Part shown: positions 38,093 to 50,600 of the stretch, in pieces
Layout of the letters: every line of letters starts with the position of its first letter
Position numbering within the stretch: position 1 is the first letter of the stretch
Source: Squalus acanthias
Lineage: Eukaryota
Assembly: GCA_030390025.1 (NCBI GenBank)
Contig: CM059431.1
Coordinates: forward strand, 145,640,001-145,704,000
DNA: 64,000 nt
Direction of reading: 5' to 3'
Notes under the pieces: generated by a model
What the model saw: the letters and a program-made list of their open reading frames with translations, nothing else
What the model was told of the DNA's origin: nothing
The model's database searches: none
Position numbers and translations under genes: made by a program

Positions 38093-39798
38093 ATGGTACG
38101 GCCAATAATTTTACAGATACGGGACATTTACTACCATATCCTCGCAGCATTTGGCATTCCCGGTAAGTCAATGTATCCTGTTGCCTAATACCTGCTGACT
38201 ATCTCAGTGTTAATGTAAGAGATTCCGAGAATGTCCATATTGCAGAGTCATTTATTCACCGGGATCTGTCGGTGAATATTAGCGGCAATCCTAGTCGTCC
38301 GCGCGACCGCTGAGGCACTGTTCTGGTCGCTACATCCCGGGCACCGGACGCTCAAAGTTCCTCCCTATACTGAGGGAGGGCGAGGCTGATTCCCCGGCCC
38401 CTCCAACAACACATAGCTCACTGAAGAATGTGCTGCTCAGTGCCCATAGCAATCACCTCATTTGTGCCGTAGTTCCCTTTCTACATTAAGTGACTCGGAC
38501 TGCAGAAATCTCCAACCAACAGGGGATTGTGAAAGGTATTTTACGAAATAATTTTCACTCAGGAAGGTGCTCCCCTCCTCTCGGCAGCTTTTGAGTATAA
38601 TTTGAAAGTTTTTTTTTGTCGGAGTTGAATGTTTTATTTGAATTATATCTTTCCTTTAATTGCTGTGGAATTATATTTAATACTTGATTGAAGTTTGCTG
38701 GACGGACGGCGGATTTTCAGTTCCTCGATATTGAATGTTCAGTGATTTCATTCCTTTAAATAAAGTGTCTTCACCATCGCCTAAATTAATGAAAAAACCC
38801 GTCCGCATAACGCTGACTAGGACCACATCTGATCATTTCCCCACAATAATCTGTGAGATTTATCTCAATGAACCAATTACTGACCTCTTCTCCCTCATTC
38901 TCACAGCGAACCTACTGACAATCGTGATTCTCTCCAGAGGAAACTGCGGCCTTTCCATGTGTATCTCAGTCTACATGGTGGCCATGGCAACAGCAGATCT
39001 ACTGGTCATGACCATCAATATATTAGTGAACCGCATTTTACGTTATCACTTTCCACATTCATTTCTGTCGTTAACTGCCGTTTGTAAGATCATTATATAC
39101 CTGCAATGTGTCGCCCTGTATTTGTCGGTGTGGTTTACAGTCTCGTTCATATTAGACCGATTTGTAGCTATATGTTGTCAGAAGTTTAAAACAAAGTATT
39201 GCACAGTGAGACCTGCGGCCGCGGTTATAACAACGGTCTCTGTCCTGATCTGTTTACAGAGCCTCGTGTTTTGGTTTGCATTTGAACCTGAGCAAATCAT
39301 TAACAATGTTCACTGGGGTTGCCGCTCCAGAGTGGAGTTTTCTTCATCGCCTGTAGGAGTGGCGTTTCCCTGTTACGTAGCATTTGTTTTTCTTGGCTTA
39401 GTTTCGCTTTGATATTACTGTTTAATTGTTTGACAGCCAGACGTATTTTAGTGGCCAGTCGAACCCGCAGGGGACTCCGGGGTCACAGCAGTGAGAATCA
39501 GAGCGATCCAGAGATGGAGAGCCGAAGAAAATCCATCATTTTACTGTTCACTCTATCGGCCAGTATCATACTATTGTGGCTGACAACTATGGTTACTAAT
39601 TTAACTACCAGACTGACAAGCACCGTGCATTACCGAGGCGATTATGCGGCCCCTGCCTATATTGCCACTGAAACCGGATATATGCTCATGTATTTGAGTT
39701 CCTGTACAAACACGTGTATTTATGCAGCTACTCAAACTAAATTCAGGGAAGAGCTGAAGCAGGCGATGAAAACACCTTGGACATTTATTTGCAAATAA
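38093..39798 (+). pseudogene. Two-exon GPR139/GPR142-like GPCR with a single frameshift (exon 1 38093-38162, exon 2 38907-39798)
   Basis: Exon 1 MVRPIILQIRDIYYHILAAFGIP/G|GTAAGT; acceptor TTCTCACAG|. Exon 2 has ANLLTIVILSRGNCGLS, MATADL, ILDRFVAICC, CTNTCIY and FREEL. Apparent 1-bp deletion near 39372 (CCC TG- TTA CGT). Confidence 0.85.
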
Positions 39799-41484
39799 AA
39801 GAAAATATAAAACAAGGATTTCGGTCCAAACTAGAGTCCAATAACTATGGGTTGCTGTTGTGAATATAAAAAGTATCAGAAAACCTACCTCCCACTTTGT
39901 GTCGTGTGTTTGATGTCTGCCGCTTTCCCCGGGTGAACATAATCGATTTCCGTAAAACAGCGCCCTTCCCGCTCAAGTTCCAAAGAGAATAGTCATGATT
40001 GAGCTTCAGCAGTGGAGTAGAACATGTATGCGTCAGCGTTAACTGCCTCACACCGCAGGGACTGGAATGAGACGCCCCAGTTTAATTAATAGTTAAAGTT
40101 TCCTTTAGTGCGGATACAATGAGTTGCAATGGTGGTTATCTGTAATTCTGTAATCTCGGTGTGAATGTTGCAGGTGCTGGTCTCCCCATCAGACTCCGGC
40201 CCCCATTGTCTCCTGGACCAATAGAACGGGGCCTGTCTCCTGATTAGTGTCTGATGTTGGAGACAGCAGGAACTTGTCTCGTCAATGTGACATTAGACAT
40301 CTTTGGTCACAGATGTTTACTTAAATCCCAAACTGGTCATCAAATTTTGTAGAATTGATGACAGGAGAACAGATAATTTTACCCAACCAGTCCGTGTCCG
40401 CGTTTACACTGCACCCGAGAAAATAGTTCCATTCACTTTACCCACCTTATCTCAACATCCCATCAACCTTTTTTTATTCATTGTTATATCCAATCCACAG
40501 CCTCACAACTCTCCATGAGGTTTATGCTACACTCAGTTCTAAATTTCTTCCATTTATCATTTTATCTATGGCAGTTAATTTTTGATCCTCAACTAATGGA
40601 AGTTGTTTCCTTCTATCTATGCTGTCAAGCCCCTTCTTAACGTAAGTCACCTTGGCACGACTCGCAAAAAGGTATAAATCTGGAATCAATGCACAATCTC
40701 GTGAAAGTCAATACATTTTAGTTAAGATTGTTAATTGATAGCTTTCCGTTGGAGACGTTTGTGTCCTTGCTTAAACTGAATAATGAGAAGAATGTAGTTG
40801 ATAGCTTGAAATCTAGCACCTACAGATTCCGCACCACCCCCCGTGACCCGGATTGACAGAAAAGGCAGGAATGGTTTGTGTCGGATGTATTGCGCTGCAT
40901 GATCTTGGATTATCGCTGTGTGTGCAGAAGTGACGTGTTGTGCAAGAAGCAACTAGCCTGCGATATTCATGATGAAGATTCCATGGCGAACAGGTCCAAG
41001 ACACGGTCAATCATGCTGAAAACAACCCTACTTGAAAAGGTTAATGTGGCTCTGGAGAGTTTAATGTGTAAAACCCATCGGTAGAGATCTGCACAAAAGA
41101 ATAGACCGCAATAGATATACGTTGCTGATGAGATATAGTTTAATGCTGACCTTAAATACTCTAATGCTACGACAGAGGGCACTGTACGGGAAGGGAGAAT
41201 CAGACGGTCCTGAAGTTTGATAATATTATACTGTATTGGTTGATCTTAATATTGTTGTAATGTTAACCTTTAGCCTTTGCCTGTTAAGCAGTAAATTTAA
41301 AGAAGAACTGAGCTGATGACCGAGGGCTCGCCCCGCAGCAATGGTCAGATTCAGGATTCAGTAGAAGAAATGTAATTAAAGACATGTCATTGTAAACTGA
41401 TTCATACATTTCAGAGAACTTTAATCATTTGATAACAGTGTTGGAAATCTGTTAATTATTTAAAGATAAACATCTGGACTGTCA

Positions 41485-41825
41485 TCATTTTTTTATTCGT
41501 TCATGGGATGTGTGCGGCGCTGGCAGGGCCAGCATTTATTGCCCGTCCCGAATTGGCCTTGAGAAGGTGCTGGTGATCCACCCACTTAAACCGCTGCAGT
41601 CCCTGTGCTGAAGGTATTCCTACAGTGCTGTTAGGGAGGGAGTTCCAGGATTTTGACCCAGTGCTGATGAAAAAAACGGCGATAAACTTCCAAGTCAGGA
41701 TGGTGTGAGACTTGGAGGGAACTTGAGTGGTGGTGTTCCCCTGGGCCTGCTGCCCTTGTCCTTCTAGGTGGAAAAGTTTGCGGGTTTGGGAGGTGCTGCC
41801 TAAGGAACCTGGGCGAGTTAATTGG
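41485..41825 (-). mobile_element. Family-B LINE 3' end
   Basis: Reverse complement of the 36230-36548 tail (TTTTTTTATTCGTTCATGGGATGTG..GGCCAGCATTTATTGCCC). Confidence 0.8.
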
Positions 41826-42819
41826 TACAAATGGTGCAGAAATAAAGACAGAGTTATAATTAAAGTATTCATTTGGTCGAATTGCAATTAAAGGATCAAG
41901 AGTGAAATTATTGGTAATATAATGAATTAAGGTAAATTGCGTGTCAGCCCAAAGGAAAACGTGCTCTTTAAATAAATGAAACTATCATTTATGATAAAAA
42001 GATGAGTCCATTAAATTTTCCTTATATGGAGTTGTATTTTCACTTCTATATGATTAGATAATGCAAAATTGTGAGGATTGATATGAAGAGGCAGTGGAAA
42101 TGTGTTCGTTTGGAATGAACATTCGCAATGGTCCAAGATACTGAGTTCAGAACTACAACACGTTTGAATCCCCAACCAACAATCAGCAGCTGTGATTGTA
42201 GTTAGTAGCTTTAATTGTATGTTTAAGTACTATTGCATATACTGTGTGCTAAAAATACCTATGCTACCTCACTTCATTGTTCAAGAACCTGATTGAAAAC
42301 CTTTCGCTAACAATAGCTTCAGTACTTTGTGAATGAGCTTCATTTATTAATTGTGATCAAGTGCCCCCTTTACCCGTCGCTCTTCAAAGTTCCGCTTGAT
42401 CCTGAGTTTCTGTAAAAGCCAATCTCCACTTGGTTTCAAGTCTCTGTGGAGACCAGGCTTTGCCAATCCGGCTGCCATCCAGCTTCTGGGGCAGTGATTA
42501 TGAGTTTGGAGTAATTCTGTGTAACAGGCACATTCTCATTTAACTGGAGTCAGACGACCAACAGTACTTAAGGCACCAGTCAGGCTTCATGCAGAGGTTT
42601 TCACTCCATCAGACTCAGATGCGATGTATCTGCACCCAGCTACAATCGTGTGAAGTCGATATGTAATCATCCACATCATCCAAAATCAAAAAGTAAAATA
42701 GAAAGCAAAGTTAACCATTACATTAGAGTGTCAAATTCCACCCCATATGGTTGTGATTCTCGCCCACGTTTCGAGTTAAACAGCCACTACTTAAAAATCT
42801 CTCTTCCCTATACTTTTCC

Positions 42820-42955
42820 AATTCTGACGGAGGGTTCGATCCGAAACGTTGACTCTGTTGCTCTCTCCTCGATGCGGCCTGACCTGCTGAGTGTTTCCAG
42901 CAGTTTCTGTTGTTATTTCAGATTTCCAGCATCCGCTCTATTTTGCTATTCTTAT
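42820..42955. mobile_element. Penelope-like terminal fragment (as 4379-4518)
   Basis: CGAAACGTTGACTCTGTT..CCTGACCTGCTGAG..TCCAGCA..TATTTCAGATTTCCAGCATC. Confidence 0.5.
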
Positions 42956-42959
42956 TGAA

Positions 42960-44930
42960 CATTTGTTGTGTTCTCCTGGCATTCCTGTGCCCTCTATTTG
43001 TTATTAAACGGTTAATATCTTTCCATGACCCTACTTCTAAATAAATGGTTTATGTTCCCCCTGGTCCCAATTTATAATTAAACAGTTACAGCATTCCCCA
43101 TAATTCCCCTGTCCTCTCTTTCGAATTAAAAAGTTAACATCTTCCCATTACTTCCCCTGTCCTCTATTTCTAATTAAACAGTTACTGTGTACCCCTAAAT
43201 TACCCTCTCCTCTATTTCTAATTAAACAGTTACTGTGTTCCCCTAAATTACCGTGTCCTCTATCTCTAATTTCACAGTTACTTTGTACCCCTAAATTACC
43301 CTGTCCACTATTTCTAATTAAACAGTTACTGTGTTCCCCTAAATTACCATGACCACTATTTCTAATTAAAAAGTTACTGTGTTCACCTAAATTACCCTGT
43401 CCTCTATCTCTAATTACACAGTTACTGTGTTCCCCTAAATGAACCTGAACTCTATCACTAATTACACAGTTACTGTGTTCCCCTAAATTACCCTGTCCTC
43501 TATCTCTAATTACACAGGTACTGTGTTCCCCTAAATTACCCTGTCCTCTATCTCTAATTACACAGTTATTGTGTTCCCCTAAATTACCCTGCCCACTATT
43601 TCCAATTAAACAGTTACTGTGTTCAGCTAAATTACCCTGTCCTTTATCTCTAATTACAGTTACTGTGTTCACCTAAATGACCCGGTACTCTATCTCTAAT
43701 TACACAGTTACTGTGTTCCCCTGAATTATCCTGTCCTCTGTCTCTAATTAAACTGTTACTGTGTTCCCCTAAATTATCCTGCCCTCTATCTCTAATTACA
43801 CAGATACTGTGATCCCCTAAATTACCCTGTCCTCTATCTCTAATTACAGAGCTACTGTGTTCATCTAAATTACCCTGTCCTCTATCTCTAATTACACAGT
43901 TACTGTGTTCCCCTAAATTAGCCTGCCCTCTATCTCTAATTACACATTTACTGTGATCCCCTAAATTACCCTGTCCTCTCTCTCTAATTACAGAGTTACT
44001 GTGTTTCCCTAAATTACCCTGTCCTCTATCTCTAATTACACAGTTTCTGCGTTCCCCTAAATTACCCTGTCCTCTATCTCTAATTACACAGTTATTGTGT
44101 TCCTCTAAATTACCCTGTCCTCTATCTCTAATTAAACTGTTACTGTGTTCCCCTAAATTACCTTGTCCTCTATCTCTAATTAAACAGTTATTGTGTTCCC
44201 CTAATTTACCCTGTCCATTATATCTAATTAAACTGTTACTGTGTTCCCCTAAATTACCCTGTCCACTATTTCTAAGTAAACAGTTACTGTGTTCCCCTAA
44301 TTTACCCTGTCCATTATCTCTAATTAAACTGTTACTGTGTTCCCCTAAATTACCCTGTCCTCTATCTCTAATTACACAGTTACTGTGTTGACCTAAATTA
44401 CCCTCGCCTTCATCTCTAATTACACAGTTACTTTGTTTACCTAAATTACCCTGCCCTCTACCTCTAATTAAACTGTTACTGTGTTCCCCTAAATTACCCT
44501 GTCCTATATCTCTAATTACACAGTTGCTGTGTTCCACTAAATTACCCTGTCCTCTATACCTAATTACACAGTTACTGTGTTCCCCTAAATTACCCTCTCT
44601 TCTATCTCTAATTGCGCAGTTACTGTGTTCCCCTAAATTACCCTGCCCTCTATCTCTAATTACACAGTTACTGTGTTCCCCTAAATTACCCTGTCCTCTA
44701 TCTCTAATTACACAGTTACTGTGTTCACCTAAATGTTTCCTGTCCTCTATCTCTAATTACACTGTAACTTTGTTCGTATAGTTCCCGTTATTCTCCTGAT
44801 AAGTAAGCAATTGTTATATTCACCTAAGGTCTCCTTTATTCTATTTTTAAATAAAGAGTTGCTGCCTTCCCCTCAATTTACCTGTCCTGTAATTTAATTA
44901 AACACTTACTGTATTCCCGTGAATTCCCCT
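42960..44930. repeat. 48-bp minisatellite (TTACACAGTTACTGTGTTCCCCTAAATTACCCTGTCCTCTATCTCTAA)n; core ~43090-44760, about 35 units
   Basis: Clear 48-bp period; the minus strand translates as (GQGNLGEHSNCVIRDR)n; flanks are degenerate. Confidence 0.95.
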
Positions 44931-44939
44931 ATAACCCGT

Positions 44940-46005
44940 CGTGGACGGTCCAAGCTCATGTTGTCCCCTAAAACCATTTCCTGCTTCCTGAACCCCATTG
45001 CCTCTAAACTGCTGACCTTCCAGTTCCTGTTCCTAGCCCCATGCTATCTGATATTGTGAAGGGTTCCATCTGCTCTGGTACTGTCCCCCTCCCTTTCAGA
45101 ACTGCCGCCATCACTCCCTCCTGACAAATCCACCCTTGACCTCTCTGACTTTTGCAATCTACCGCCCCATCTCCAACATCATATTCCTGTCAAAAGTATT
45201 TGAACTTATTGTCGCCTCCCAAATTCGTGTCCATCTTTCCCGTAATTCCCTGTTTGAATCTCTCCAATCATTTTTCTGCCTTTGCACAGCACTTGAAACG
45301 GCCCTATTGAAGTCACAAATTATATCCTCTGTGACTGAGACCATGGTGCACTGTCCCCTTTCATTCTTCCCGTCTTTGACACGGATGACAACTCCATCCT
45401 TCTCCACGCCTCTCCTACATTTTTCATCTGTGTGGAACAGCCCACGCCTCGTTCCACTCTAACCTATGCAGCCTGAGCCAGAGAATATCCTGAAATGGCT
45501 TATCTTCGCGCTCTCGCACCGTTACCTCTAACCCCAAAGGTTATCCTCTTTGATCCTTCTATTTCGCATCTACATGCTGCTCCTTGGCGACATCAGCCGA
45601 AAACACAACATCAGATTCCACGTGTGTGCTGTAGACACACAACTCTTTCTCACTACCAACTCTCTCAACTCATCCACTGTCTCTGTGTTGTCAAATAGCT
45701 TGTCTGCCCTCCATACATGGATGAGCCAAAATGTCCTCCTGTGCATCGTCCACTGTCTTCGCCCTACAATGCCAGCCGTGCCTTTAGATGCATCGGCTCT
45801 AAAAACGGAAATTCCCTCCCTGAAACTCGGCATTTCTGCTCTCCTTTAAGACTCTCCTTAAGACCAACCTCTGATCACGATTTTGGTCACCTGTCCGCAT
45901 ATCTCCTTCTTTGGCTCCGTGTCCTTTTGTGTCTGATTACGCTCATTGGAAGCGCCTTGGGGCGTTTTATTAATTTAATTGCACTACATAAATGAACGTT
46001 GTTGT
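44940..46005 (+). mobile_element. L2 LINE remnant
   Basis: YRPISNIIFLSKVFELIVASQIRVHLSRNSLFESLQS..ETALLK; L2-type 3' end AAGCGCCTTGGG...ATAAATG..GTTGTTGT. Confidence 0.75.
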
Positions 46006-46149
46006 AATAAAAAGTCCATGCTGGCCAGTCCTCTCAGCCAGATGCATCTAGGTAGTTATGTCCATTTTGGGTTGCGGGGGTGGGGGGAGGTGGGTGGGGG
46101 AGGACGTTGGGCTGCAGCGATCAATCTATTATAATGAGCAGAGCATCAT

Positions 46150-46975
46150 AGTCAAGTTTCTGGTCAATGGTGAACCCTAGGATATTGATGGAGGGATATT
46201 CAGTGATGGTAATGCCGTTGAATGTCAAGGGCCAGTGGTTAAACTTTATCTTGTTGGAGATAGTCATTGCCTGTCACTTGTGTGGCGCGAAAGTTACTTG
46301 CCTCTTATCAGGCCAAGCCTGAATGCCGTCTAGGTCTTGCTGCATGCGGGCAGGGACTGCTTCATTATCTGAGGAGATGCGAATGGAACTGAACACTGTG
46401 TAATCATCAAGGAACATCCCCAATACTGACCTTATGATGGAGGGAAGGTCATTGATGAAGTAGCTAAAGATTGTTGGGCCTAGGAAACTTTTCTGAAGAT
46501 ATCCTGCAGCGTTGTCCTGGGGCTTTGATGATTGACCTCCAATCACCACAACCATCTTCATTTGTGCTAGATATGACACCAGCCAGTGGAGAGTTTTCCC
46601 CCTGATTCCCATTGACTTCAGTTTTACTCGGGCTCCTGGATGCCAAACTCGGTCGAATGCTGCCTTGATGTCAAGGGCAGCCACTCTAACATCACCGCTG
46701 ATTTCAGCTATTTTGTCCATGTTTGGACCAAGGATGTAATGAGCTATGGAGCCCAGTGGACCTGGCGTAACCCGAACTGAGCATTGGTGAGCAGGTTAGT
46801 GTTGAGTGAGTGCTTGATAGCAATGTCGATGACACCTTCCATCACTTTGCTGATGATTGCGCGAAGACTGATGGGGCAGTAAATGGCCGGGTTGGATTTG
46901 TCCTGCTTCTTGTGGACAGGGCATACCTGGGCAGATTTCCACAATGTCGAATAGATGCCAGTGTTGCAGCTGTAA
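46150..46975 (-). mobile_element. Family-B LINE RT fragment
   Basis: ALDIKAAFDRVWH, LGPTIFSYFINDLP, FLDDYT and YCPISLRAIISKVME. Confidence 0.85.
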
Positions 46976-47642
46976 AGTTTTAAAAGGCCTAACCCTTATC
47001 CTGAGACTATGCTCCTTAGCTCTAGACACTCCAGCCGGGGGAAACAACCTCTCAGCATCTATCCTGTAAAACCCCTTCAGAATCTTGTATGTTTCAACGA
47101 GGTCACCTCTCATTATTCTAGACCCCAGAGAGTATAGGCCCATTCTACACAATCTCTCATCATAGGACAGTCCTCTCTTCCCAGGAATCAATCTAGTGAA
47201 CCTTCGTTGCACCAGCTTCAAGGCAAGTATATTAGATAAGGAGACCAAAACTGTGCACAGTACTCCAGGTGTGGTCTCACCAAGGCCCTGTACAATTGTA
47301 GCAAGATTTCCTTACTCTTATATTCCAACCCCATTGCAAAAAAGGCCAACTTGCCATTTATCTTCCTTATTGCTTGCTGTACCTGTATGCTAGCTTTCTG
47401 TGTTTCTTGCACGAGGACACCCAAATCTCTGAACACCAACATTTGAAAGATGCTCACCATTAAATAAAAATCTGTTTTCCTATTCTTACTACCAAAGTGA
47501 ATAACCTCACATTTCGCTACATTATACTCCATCTGCCACAATACTGCCAATTCACTTAGTCTATCGATATCCCTTTGCAGACTCTTAGTGTTCTCCTTAC
47601 AGCTTACTCTCCCACCTAGCTTTGTATCATCAGCAAACTTGT
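46976..47642 (-). mobile_element. CR1 LINE RT C-terminal fragment
   Basis: KFADDTKLGG..LQRDIDRL and LVRPHLEYCAQFWSPY. Confidence 0.88.
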
Positions 47643-50600
47643 AACGAAGGAGAAACAGCTTTATTAGTAATGTTGTTAGATTTATAATCACGTCCATGGA
47701 TGGTTCCAATTTTTCAACATTTTTTTTGCATAAGATACTCTCTAATGTGAAAATCTGGTTTCATGTTTGTTTGGATTAAGTGCGATTGACTCTGTCTAAC
47801 AGGATCATCTCTTAGATTGAATAGTTGCAAATCTCCATGGCCTGCTGCACGCCCACAGAGGAGAGTTGCAAATATACAAAATAATCCTGTCTTTTGCGAT
47901 CTGCAAGTATCTCTGGTGGAGTCTAAGGTGCTTTATTTCCGGGGTTTGGATTCCACAGATTTGCAGACAGTTTCAGCAAATATAGCAAGGGAGACTTTTT
48001 TAGCTCGGTTTTCGATAATTTGCGGCCCTTTGATGTGTGTCTGAATCAGGGCGGGCCAGGCTCGATGGACACTGGGCAGGATTGGACGGAAGTAAGCTTT
48101 CTACAGCCTGAGGGGTGTTCAAGGTTTGACTGTTCTTTTCGCAGAGCACGCACACGTATTCCCGTCTTGCTGGTGAATTGATCGTGATGTAATAGATGGG
48201 TCCAGACCACATCTCGCTGAGAATTTATACCCGGAACTTCTGCTCTTTGCTTGATTTGTTTTGACAGTAACTCTATCCTCGCCTGCTGTGTGATTTCTTT
48301 TTTTGGACTATCTCTAGTTTCGACTCTAAATCGCTGTGTTAAGACACAAACTTTAATAACGTCAAAAAACCTTTTGGCTGTTGTGGCCTCTACGCCGGAT
48401 GATTCACAAAGAATGTCAGGAAACTAAAATCGTCCATAATACAGACATTTCCCAATCCAATGCCCATCCAAGGACTCTTGGCCATAGCAGGCCATTGATT
48501 GCTTTAGAGATAATAAAAAACCGGATTATGATTTAATTCTACTTTGTACACATCTCTATTTGAGCGGATGATCTCTATAGTCGTATAGGAGTTGTGCTCT
48601 CATAAGGGAGGAAACAGTTGAAGAGATTATTTCGTGCTGATCTCATTGGACGAGTCCGGAGTCATTCCCCTCATCCACTTCAAATTGACCTCAGTTTACT
48701 TACGTTGGCCAAGTGGTGAAGCTGCTGCGCTCCAGATCCATTAGGCGGTGCAGGTACGGATTCCTGTCCCGGATTCGCCTCTGAGTCAGTGACGGTTGTG
48801 AAGCTTGCTGCATTGTATCACATTGGGCAAAGCTCGCCTTGGACTAGCCCAGTGCCAGTCTACTGGTCCAACTGCACCTAGTCCCATCCAGTATATTTAT
48901 TCATTTGTGTTCAGAGTGCCTCGTCAGAAAGTACTCCTTGACCTGGGGACTGTAACAGGTGTGAGGGATTAATTTGGGATTGTTACCTTGAACTGACTGG
49001 ATCCAAATAGTTCAGTCTTTAACTGATTTTCTGACGTCGGCGTTTTCTAGAGCGATTAATTTCCTTTACTAATATAGCGACATCTTTCCCATTCTTTCCA
49101 CCGCTCTCCATCCGGAAACAAATATAACCTTTATGGAGGGGAGATTGGCTTCAATCCTACAACACTGGCACTGAAGAACCTAAGTTATTGATAAACAGTA
49201 ACAGGTGTTCACTTATATACCTGAGTACTCTACCACAGACTGTTTAGCTGGAAGGACAGTTTATTTTTATATAGCAAGTCAGCCTTACAAACAACGGCCC
49301 CCTCCCACTGCTCGACGGTATCGACTGCATCTGCCTGTACCACGTTGTTCAAGTTGGACTATATCAGCCTCGAGGTGCTTCAAAAGGTTTTTCCCTCGTT
49401 AGTTCTCACACTGACAACTGTGAGATAGAATCTATTCCGTACTTATTACATTTTTGTTTCATTATTTTGATTCTAACATGTTCAAATTGATTGATAATAT
49501 TACTTTTATTGTGTTGTGTTCCTCAGGGTGTTATATAGCGCTTATTATATCATTTCCCCACAACTTCAATGCAGTTAATCCCAGGTCAGCTGCGGCAGCT
49601 TCTGTATTCTCTGAACTCTGTGAATTGCGCTTCTGCATTGATCAGGTAGAAAGACAAATAGGATGTAATCAAACATGTTTGCAAAAATTAAAGGCATCTA
49701 ACACTGAGCTAAACAGAGTTGAGTGCAAGAAACAGCTAAAGAAAACGAAGGCTGCCATTAGATCAGCTAAAAGGCTTATGGAAAAGATGATGGTTGATAA
49801 TTGTGGAAGTTATGGTGAAGTTTTTTCAGTGATGTGAAGAGTCTGTGAACTGTGAAAATCTGTATTGGGCCATTGAACATTGGTCAAGGTCACCTTACAA
49901 CGGACTCACTGGGTCTGGATAAATAATAAATTATCACTTTTCATCGGTCCTCACTCTTGAAGACTATATTCGACTGTAAGAATTGAATGATTTGAATAAT
50001 AAAACTAGTAATACAATAAATGAACATTTAGCTTTATAAAGATTTAATAAGGATAAATTTGACAGAGCAGCCTAAACTCAGGAGTGATCTGATTGCGGAT
50101 CACAAGAAAATGGTTTGTAACATTACCAGTTAACTTTTATTAGTGGTGTTGTAAATTTACCTTTACATTTCATTGTATAAGTATCTGTCAGCGGATTCAA
50201 TTCATTATGAGACTGAGACACGCTGCAAAATTAATGAATTTCAGAATAAGAATTTGCATTTAACATAAATATAAAACGTTCTAATATATCTGCCGACTCC
50301 TCTGTGTCTGATTCCCCCTCCTCCTTCTCCGTGCCGCTCCTTCCAGTGCTTCATGTCTGGTTCCCCACCTGTTCTGTTCCTGATGTTTCCTTCCCTCCCC
50401 CACCTGCTACAATCCTAATTCTCCCCTTTACCTTCCTTTTCTCCTGCACGGTTCCTGATTCAGTCCCTGCTTCCGTTCACCCTCCGGCTCTGTATCTGAT
50501 GTTCCCTATCCTTCCCTTTCCATCTCTTCTGCAACTGATTATCTTCCCTGCTTCCCTTTCCATCCTGCTACATGTCTGGTTCTCACTTCCCACAAAGGAC

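Noticed and set aside
40700..41250. Possible ancient LINE RT remnant on the minus strand (VLDFK-like word)
   Set aside because: Too degenerate to support by eye.
43090..44760. V(D)J recombination signal sequences (CACAGT/ACTGTG heptamer-like words)
   Set aside because: No nonamer at 12/23 spacing and no V/J segments. The words are part of the repeat's internal palindrome.
43148..44781. ORFs of 295, 174, 98 and 85 aa as real genes
   Set aside because: They are translations of the 48-bp tandem repeat on both strands, with no unique domain or splice context.
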